Assembly (NCBI GenBank): GCA_903825645.1
Contig: CAIKBL010000042.1
Location: 117,289-181,288 of the forward strand
Direction of reading: 5' to 3'
From: an uncultured Pseudomonadota bacterium
GTDB taxonomy: Bacteria > Pseudomonadota > Gammaproteobacteria > Ga0077536
Length of the DNA: 64,000 nucleotides
Shown: positions 58,491 to 64,000 of the stretch, piece after piece
Layout: the number at the start of each line of letters is the position of its first letter
How positions within the stretch are numbered: position 1 is the stretch's first letter
The notes under the pieces: model-generated
Seen by the model: only the letters and a program-made list of their open reading frames with translations
Databases searched by the model: none
What the model was told of the DNA's origin: nothing
Made by a program: the position numbers and the translations under genes

Positions 58491-60764
58491 TTACGCCTTC
58501 GCCTTCTGCAGCGCCGACAGCAACCGAGGGGGCGAGATCGGCAGATCATTCACCCGCACGCCACTGGCACGCGCCACCGCATTCGCCACCGCGGCAAGCG
58601 GGGGCACGATCGGCACTTCGCCGACACCACGCACCCCAAACGGATGGGTGGGGTTCGGGACTTCCACTATAACGGTGTCAATCATCGGCAAATCGGAGGC
58701 CACGGGCATCCGGTAGTCGAGGAAGCCGGCATTCTGCATTTGCCCCTGCTCGCTGTAGACATACTCTTCGTTCAGCGCCCAGCCAATGCCCTGGACCGCG
58801 CCGCCTTGCATCTGGCCTTCGACATAGGACGGATGAATTGCACGCCCCACGTCCTGGACGACCGTGTAGCGCACCACCGAAGTACGGCCGGTTTCCGGAT
58901 CGACTTCCACATCACAGATATGGGTGCCGAACGCAGCCCCTGCGCCGCCCACATTGAGCGCCGCCTTGCCGGTGATGGGTCCGCCTGTCCGCGCCGCACT
59001 GGCGGCGATTTCAGCCAGCGAAAGCTGGGTACGGGCATCCGTCTGGCCCTGCGCGGGATAGGCCACGCCGTCTTTCCAGATGACATCCTCGATACCGCAT
59101 TTCCAGAGCTTCGCCGCGCGGGCACGGAGCTGCTCGACGATGTCGTTAGCGGCTTCACAAACTGCCTTGCCGGTGGCAAACGTCACCCGGCTACCCCCCG
59201 TCAGGAAGGTGTAGCCGATCGAGGCGGTATCGCCGACCAGCGGCTTGACCTTGGCCAGATCGATACCGAGCACTTCTGCCGCCATCATCGCCATGGAAGC
59301 GCGCGAGCCGCCGATGTCCGGGCTACCGGTCACAACTTCCGCGGTGCCGTCTTCATTGATGTGAATTGCGGCGGTCGATTGACCTCCGATGTTGAACCAG
59401 AAACCCGACGCCACGCCGCGGCCCTGATTGGCCTTGAGTGGGGCGCTATAGTGCGGATGGGCCTTGGCCGCTTCAAGGGTCTCAACGAAACCGATGATCG
59501 GGAACTTCGGGCCGTAAAGGGCACGGGTCCCTTCCTTCGCCGCGTTCTTCAGACGCAAGGCCAACGGATCCATGCCAAGCTCAATGGCGAGCTCATCCAG
59601 CGCGGATTCCACAGCAAAGCTCGAAATCGGGGCGCCTGGCGCCCGATAGGCCGCACATTTGGCGCGGTTCGAAACGACGTCGTAGCCGACGGCTTTGGCA
59701 TTCGCCATGTCGTACGGGGCAAACGCTGTCATGCAACCCGGGACCGCCGGCGAGCCCGGGAAGGCGCCCGCCTGGTAGGCCAGCTCCAGCGATCCAGCAA
59801 CCAACGTACCGTCACGCTTGGCACCGATTTTGACCGTCATGTGGGCACCCGAAGTCGGGCCACTGGCGCGGAACACTTCGTCCCGTGACATCACCAGCTT
59901 GACCGGCTTACCCGTCTTACGGGAAAGCGCGACCGCGAGGGGTTCGAGATAAACCGTGGTCTTGCCACCGAAGCCACCACCGATTTCAGCGGGGATGACG
60001 CGCAGTTGGGCATCTTCAAGATGGAGCAGCTTGGCGCAGAACTCACGGATCATGAACTGACCCTGGCTGCTGCACCAAATAGTCGTCATGCCATCCGCCG
60101 CCATGCTGGCGATCGCCGCGTGCGGCTCGATGTAGCCCTGATGGACCGGCTGCGTGGTGTATTCGCGTTCGATCACAACATCAGAGTCTTTGAAGCCCTG
60201 CTCCACATCACCCATGTTGAATTCGGTACGGGCCGCGATGTTCGACGCTTTGGTCGGCTTCGGCTCAACGCCACTGGTGATCATGTCTTCATGCAGGATC
60301 GGCGCGTCGGGACGCATGGCCGCGCGGACGTCGATGACGTGCGGGAGCACTTCATAGTCGACGGTGATGAGCGCCAGCGCCGCTTCTGCGATGCTCGCAC
60401 TGATGGCGGCAACGGCCGCAACCGACTGGCCTTCGTAGAGCGCCTTGTGCCGGGCAATGACGTTCTCGGAGATGTGCCGATAGTTGACGGGCGATTCACC
60501 GCCGGCCACCACTTCGGACGGCAGTTCGGGGAAATCGGCGGCGGTGATGACCGCACGCACGCCCGGGAGGGCAAGGGCGCGCGAGGCATCAATCGACTTG
60601 ATGCGGGCATGGGCGTGGGGGCTGCGCAGCACCCGACCGGCCAACATGCCCGGCAACGTGAAGTCTGCACCGTAATTCGCCTGACCCGTGACTTTGTCCA
60701 CACCATCCGGACGCACCGGACGCGTGCCGACCCATTTAAATTGTTGTTTACCTTCATTACCCAT
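58491..60764 (-). CDS. xanthine dehydrogenase family molybdopterin-binding large subunit (CoxL/aldehyde oxidoreductase-like)
   Basis: 757 aa from MGNEGKQQFKWVG. MoCo-binding domains. GGAG RBS inside the upstream gene's end. Confidence 0.9.
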   Translation of the reverse strand: MGNEGKQQFKWVGTRPVRPDGVDKVTGQANYGADFTLPGMLAGRVLRSPHAHARIKSIDASRALALPGVRAVITAADFPELPSEVVAGGESPVNYRHISENVIARHKALYEGQSVAAVAAISASIAEAALALITVDYEVLPHVIDVRAAMRPDAPILHEDMITSGVEPKPTKASNIAARTEFNMGDVEQGFKDSDVVIEREYTTQPVHQGYIEPHAAIASMAADGMTTIWCSSQGQFMIREFCAKLLHLEDAQLRVIPAEIGGGFGGKTTVYLEPLAVALSRKTGKPVKLVMSRDEVFRASGPTSGAHMTVKIGAKRDGTLVAGSLELAYQAGAFPGSPAVPGCMTAFAPYDMANAKAVGYDVVSNRAKCAAYRAPGAPISSFAVESALDELAIELGMDPLALRLKNAAKEGTRALYGPKFPIIGFVETLEAAKAHPHYSAPLKANQGRGVASGFWFNIGGQSTAAIHINEDGTAEVVTGSPDIGGSRASMAMMAAEVLGIDLAKVKPLVGDTASIGYTFLTGGSRVTFATGKAVCEAANDIVEQLRARAAKLWKCGIEDVIWKDGVAYPAQGQTDARTQLSLAEIAASAARTGGPITGKAALNVGGAGAAFGTHICDVEVDPETGRTSVVRYTVVQDVGRAIHPSYVEGQMQGGAVQGIGWALNEEYVYSEQGQMQNAGFLDYRMPVASDLPMIDTVIVEVPNPTHPFGVRGVGEVPIVPPLAAVANAVARASGVRVNDLPISPPRLLSALQKAKA

Positions 60765-60766
60765 GA

Positions 60767-61243
60767 CTATGCACTCCTCATGACTGCGGCGGCCTTCTGG
60801 ACCGCGCGGACGATTTTGTCGTAACCCGTACACCGGCACAGATTGCCGGCCAACCAGAATCGGATCTCTTCTTCACTGGGATCAGCATTTTCCTCCAGCA
60901 GGGCTTTGGCCGCCACGATGATCCCGGGGGTGCAGATCCCGCATTGCAATGCGGCTTCATTCAAAAATACCTGCTGCAAAGGATGCAGTACGCCGGCCTT
61001 GGCGACACCTTCGATGGTCTCGACAGCGGCGCCGTTCAGCTCGGCACCCAGAACCAGGCAGGCACAGACCAGACGACCATCGACACGAACGCTGCACGCG
61101 CCGCAGTCACCGGAGCCGCAGCCCTCTTTCGAGCCCGTCAGACCAAGCTCGTCGCGCAGTACGTCGAGCAGGGTTTGCTCGGTCTCGCACAGGAACTCGG
61201 TCGGATCGCCATTAACCGTCAGACTGATGTGATGTTTGCTCAT
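60767..61243 (-). CDS. (2Fe-2S)-binding small subunit (CoxS-like)
   Basis: 158 aa. Plant-type CGSGDCGAC cluster and a second CxxC...CRCTGY cluster. Confidence 0.9.
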   Translation of the reverse strand: MSKHHISLTVNGDPTEFLCETEQTLLDVLRDELGLTGSKEGCGSGDCGACSVRVDGRLVCACLVLGAELNGAAVETIEGVAKAGVLHPLQQVFLNEAALQCGICTPGIIVAAKALLEENADPSEEEIRFWLAGNLCRCTGYDKIVRAVQKAAAVMRSA

Positions 61244-62106
61244 GCTCGGCTCCTCGCGCGCTCGTAGGCGATTATCGCGGCGCGTTTCGCGAGCACGCCG
61301 GCCACCTGGGTACGGAATTCAATGGTGCCCCGCTTGTCATTAATGGGGGCGCAGGCTGCACGGGCAGCGGCAGCTAGCGCTTCAAGCGCGGCCGCTTCAA
61401 CCCGGGTGCCGACAAGCGCATGGCTGGCGGCTTCCACCAGCAATGCGCGGGGGGCCACCGCACCGAGTGCCACGCGCGCGTGCGTGCAGACGCCGCTCGC
61501 GTCGAGCAGGAGATTCACCGCGGCACCGACCACGGCAATGTCCATTTCCGTTCGCGGAATGAAACGCAGGTAGGCATCGCCGCCCTTTGCGGCTTGCGCC
61601 GGCAGAAAGAAATCAACTACGAATTCGCCGGGAGCGAGGCTCGTCTTGCCGGGGGAAACGGCAATGGCGTCAACCGCGACCACCCGGCGTCCGCCTGGAC
61701 CGACGATCGTGCAGGTGGCGCCGGCCGCGATCAGGCCAGGCACGCCGTCCGCGGCGGGCGATGCATTGCAGACGTTGCCACCAAGGCTTGCTCGACCCTG
61801 AATCTGGGTTGAGCCGATCAGACGCGCGCCTTCGATCACGCCCGGCCACATGGTGGACAGGGCGGGATGTTCACCGAGCTCAGCCCCGCTGACGGCGGCG
61901 CCGATCCGGAAACCGCCGTTTTCGGTTCGGATAGTTCGCAACTCCGGGATACGCTTCAAGTCGACGACGCCCTGCGCCTGTATGCGGCCACTGCGTAGTT
62001 GCACCAGCAAGTCTGTACCGCCAGCCAGTACCCGCTGACGCGAGTCTGTCTTTTGCAGCAACGCCACGGCCTCTTCAACCGTGGTCGGGTTGTTGAAAGT
62101 CAGCAA
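61240..62106 (-). CDS. FAD-binding medium subunit (CoxM-like) of molybdenum hydroxylase
   Basis: 288 aa. FAD-binding PCMH-type AGGTDLLVQ motif. 4-bp overlap with the small subunit. Confidence 0.85.
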   Translation of the reverse strand: MLTFNNPTTVEEAVALLQKTDSRQRVLAGGTDLLVQLRSGRIQAQGVVDLKRIPELRTIRTENGGFRIGAAVSGAELGEHPALSTMWPGVIEGARLIGSTQIQGRASLGGNVCNASPAADGVPGLIAAGATCTIVGPGGRRVVAVDAIAVSPGKTSLAPGEFVVDFFLPAQAAKGGDAYLRFIPRTEMDIAVVGAAVNLLLDASGVCTHARVALGAVAPRALLVEAASHALVGTRVEAAALEALAAAARAACAPINDKRGTIEFRTQVAGVLAKRAAIIAYERARSRA

Positions 62107-62329
62107 GGGCTACCTCCCGATAATTCTGTATTATTTGTATTCCCTGGGGCGCGTCAGCGCGCGCCCCTCTCCCGCGCGAGAGCGGTGGGGGCTCTCAGGA
62201 TAAAGTGGATCGCGGCTTTAATACAGCCTTCGCGACCTGCCGAGCCCGATTAATCCCCGAATGGGGTTAAATCGCTCTGCCGGCCGTCTGTTCACGATGC
62301 TGAGGTCACGCCCTTTAAAGTTCTATTTT

Positions 62330-62356
62330 TTGCAACTTATTAGCACTTGGTTGCAA
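62330..62356. promoter_or_regulatory. TTGCAA-N15-TTGCAA paired palindromic hexamers in an AT-rich divergent promoter region
   Basis: TTGCAACTTATTAGCACTTGGTTGCAA lies between the cox-like operon and gmd. Also TGTATtattTGTAT at about 62130. Confidence 0.3.
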
Positions 62357-62488
62357 ATAACCTCGTCGCGACTGCGAAAGAACGGACTTTCTGCCTGCCG
62401 AACCGGACGCGCGCCCCGATCATCATCCCGTAACAATGCCCGAGGAGGATGACGGCTTTGTTACTCCCCGCGGGGTGGACTGTTCGTC

Positions 62489-63661
62489 TTGAAAAAAGCC
62501 CTTATCACCGGCATCACCGGCCAAGACGGTTCCTATCTCGCAGAGCTCCTGCTCGAGAAAGGCTACGAAGTCCATGGCATCAAGCGTCGTGCCTCCTCTT
62601 TCAATACCCAGCGGGTCGATCACCTCTATGAAGATCCGCACGCCCCGAACCCCCGTTTTTTCCTGCACTATGGGGATTTGACGGACAGCTCAAACCTGAC
62701 CCGCATTCTGGCTGAGGTAGCGCCCGACGAAGTCTACAATCTTGGCGCACAGAGCCATGTCGCAGTCAGTTTTGAGGCACCCGAGTACACGGCGGACGTC
62801 GACGCGATGGGAACCCTCAGGCTGCTCGAGGCCATCCGCTTCCTTGGATTCGAGAAGAAAACGCGCTTTTACCAAGCCAGTACTTCTGAGCTCTACGGCC
62901 TCGTGCAGGAGATCCCTCAGCGCGAGACAACCCCGTTTCATCCCAGAAGTCCCTATGGTGTCGCCAAGCTGTACGCTTATTGGATCACCGTGAACTATCG
63001 CGAGGCCTATGGCCTGTATGCCTGCAATGGGATCCTCTTCAATCACGAAAGTCCACGCCGGGGCGAAACTTTTGTGACGCGAAAGATCACCCGGGGGCTT
63101 GCCCACATCGCGCAAGGGCTCGACACCTGCCTTTATATGGGTAATCTGGATGCCTTGCGCGACTGGGGCCACGCCCGAGATTATGTCCGGGTGCAGTGGC
63201 TGATGTTGCAACAAGACGAACCCGCGGACTTTGTCATCGCGACCGGCAAACAGTATTCCGTGCGGGAATTCGTGCAATGGAGCGCCGCCGAACTCGGGGT
63301 GACGCTGCGCTTCGAGGGCAAAGGCATCGAGGAGAAAGGCTACGTGGACACCCTCTCGGGAGATCGGGCCCCCGCCCTCAAGCCCGGGGATTGCGTGGTC
63401 GCGATCGATCCGGGATATTTCCGCCCCGCGGAAGTCTCGAGCCTGCTGGGCGATCCGACCAAGGCCCGGGAGCGTCTCGGCTGGGTCCCGGAAATCACCG
63501 CCCAGGCGATGTGCGCGGAGATGGTCCGGGAAGATTTACAGGCTGCACAGCGCCTAGCGCTCCTGCACCGGCACGGTCTTCCGGCCTCGGGTAAGGCATT
63601 ACCGCCGACGGCTGCGGAGCCCACCTGCCAGTCGACCAAACGACGGATTCCGTATGGCTGA
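62489..63661 (+). CDS. gmd: GDP-mannose 4,6-dehydratase
   Basis: 390 aa. [26 protein letters not shown], catalytic YxxxK ([10 protein letters not shown]). TTG start per the ORF track. Confidence 0.95.
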   Translation: MKKALITGITGQDGSYLAELLLEKGYEVHGIKRRASSFNTQRVDHLYEDPHAPNPRFFLHYGDLTDSSNLTRILAEVAPDEVYNLGAQSHVAVSFEAPEYTADVDAMGTLRLLEAIRFLGFEKKTRFYQASTSELYGLVQEIPQRETTPFHPRSPYGVAKLYAYWITVNYREAYGLYACNGILFNHESPRRGETFVTRKITRGLAHIAQGLDTCLYMGNLDALRDWGHARDYVRVQWLMLQQDEPADFVIATGKQYSVREFVQWSAAELGVTLRFEGKGIEEKGYVDTLSGDRAPALKPGDCVVAIDPGYFRPAEVSSLLGDPTKARERLGWVPEITAQAMCAEMVREDLQAAQRLALLHRHGLPASGKALPPTAAEPTCQSTKRRIPYG

Positions 63662-64000
63662 GGCGGAACAGATCTTTGTTGCCGGCCATCGGGGAATGGT
63701 GGGCGCGGCCATTGTGCGGCGTCTCGAAGCACTCGGGATGTGCGATCAGATCCTGACCGCCGAGCGGGCAAGCCTAGATCTCACCTGTCAGGCGGCCGTG
63801 CGTCAGTTCTTCGAAACCCACCAGATTGCGCAAGTGATCCTGGCGGCTGCAAAGGTCGGCGGGATCCACGCGAACGATACCTACCCTGCGGACTTCCTGG
63901 TCGAAAACCTGCTGATCCAGACCCAGGTGATTCAGGCGGCCCACGCGACTCAGGTCGGGCGTCTGTTATTCCTTGGTTCGTCTTGCATTTATCCCAAAGA
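63654..64000 (+). CDS. fcl: GDP-L-fucose synthase (partial, runs off the window)
   Basis: [25 protein letters not shown]-terminus. Overlaps the gmd stop. Truncated at the window end. Confidence 0.9.
   Translation, partial: MAEAEQIFVAGHRGMVGAAIVRRLEALGMCDQILTAERASLDLTCQAAVRQFFETHQIAQVILAAAKVGGIHANDTYPADFLVENLLIQTQVIQAAHATQVGRLLFLGSSCIYPK

Noticed and set aside
62330-62356. Possible sigma-54 (-24/-12) promoter TAGCAC-N4-TTGCA
   Set aside because: GG-to-GC spacing is 10 rather than the required 12 nt equivalent, and the -24 GG is degenerate. Kept only as a palindromic-hexamer observation.
1-64000. CRISPR arrays, tRNA/rRNA genes, integrases, transposases, toxin-antitoxin pairs
   Set aside because: Scanned intergenic regions longer than 100 bp and repeated-sequence candidates. 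No repeat-spacer periodicity, tRNA-like T-arm motifs, or recombinase motifs were recognised.

Overview
High-GC (~65%) proteobacterial chromosomal segment; I did not recognise CRISPR arrays, tRNA/rRNA genes, integrases or IS elements. The window is densely packed with oxidative and CoA-dependent catabolic genes: four cytochrome P450s (two clear paralogues), four luciferase-like (LLM) flavin oxidoreductases, a Baeyer-Villiger monooxygenase (BVMO), a nitronate monooxygenase, three acyl-CoA dehydrogenases (one a tandem double-domain fusion), an acyl-CoA synthetase, enoyl-CoA hydratase, type-III CoA-transferase, a thiolase-like protein, several short-chain (SDR) and medium-chain (MDR) reductases, nitroreductases, a lactonase-type SMP-30 protein, a giant fused indolepyruvate:ferredoxin oxidoreductase-family enzyme, and a three-subunit molybdenum hydroxylase (xanthine-dehydrogenase/CoxMSL-like) operon. 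Housekeeping genes are interspersed: ahcY with an upstream SAH riboswitch, recQ, opgD, gmd-fcl and an RRM RNA-binding protein. Regulators (GntR/HutC, MarR) sit next to conspicuous palindromic operators. The most interesting candidate systems are: (i) a long translationally coupled minus-strand operon (about 46.1-55.3 kb) whose lactonase, acyl-CoA synthetase, small unknown protein and APH-family kinase suggest an LvaAB/ACAD10-11-style hydroxyacyl-CoA phosphorylation route for lactone-derived acids; (ii) a GntR-operator-linked module of fused indolepyruvate ferredoxin oxidoreductase, citryl-CoA-lyase-like protein and a fused double acyl-CoA dehydrogenase; (iii) a MarR-controlled BVMO/thiolase-like/SDR operon facing a TPP-enzyme/NIPSNAP/P450 operon, consistent with alicyclic or terpenoid ketone catabolism. 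Motif coordinates derived by hand-counting may be off by 1-2 nt.
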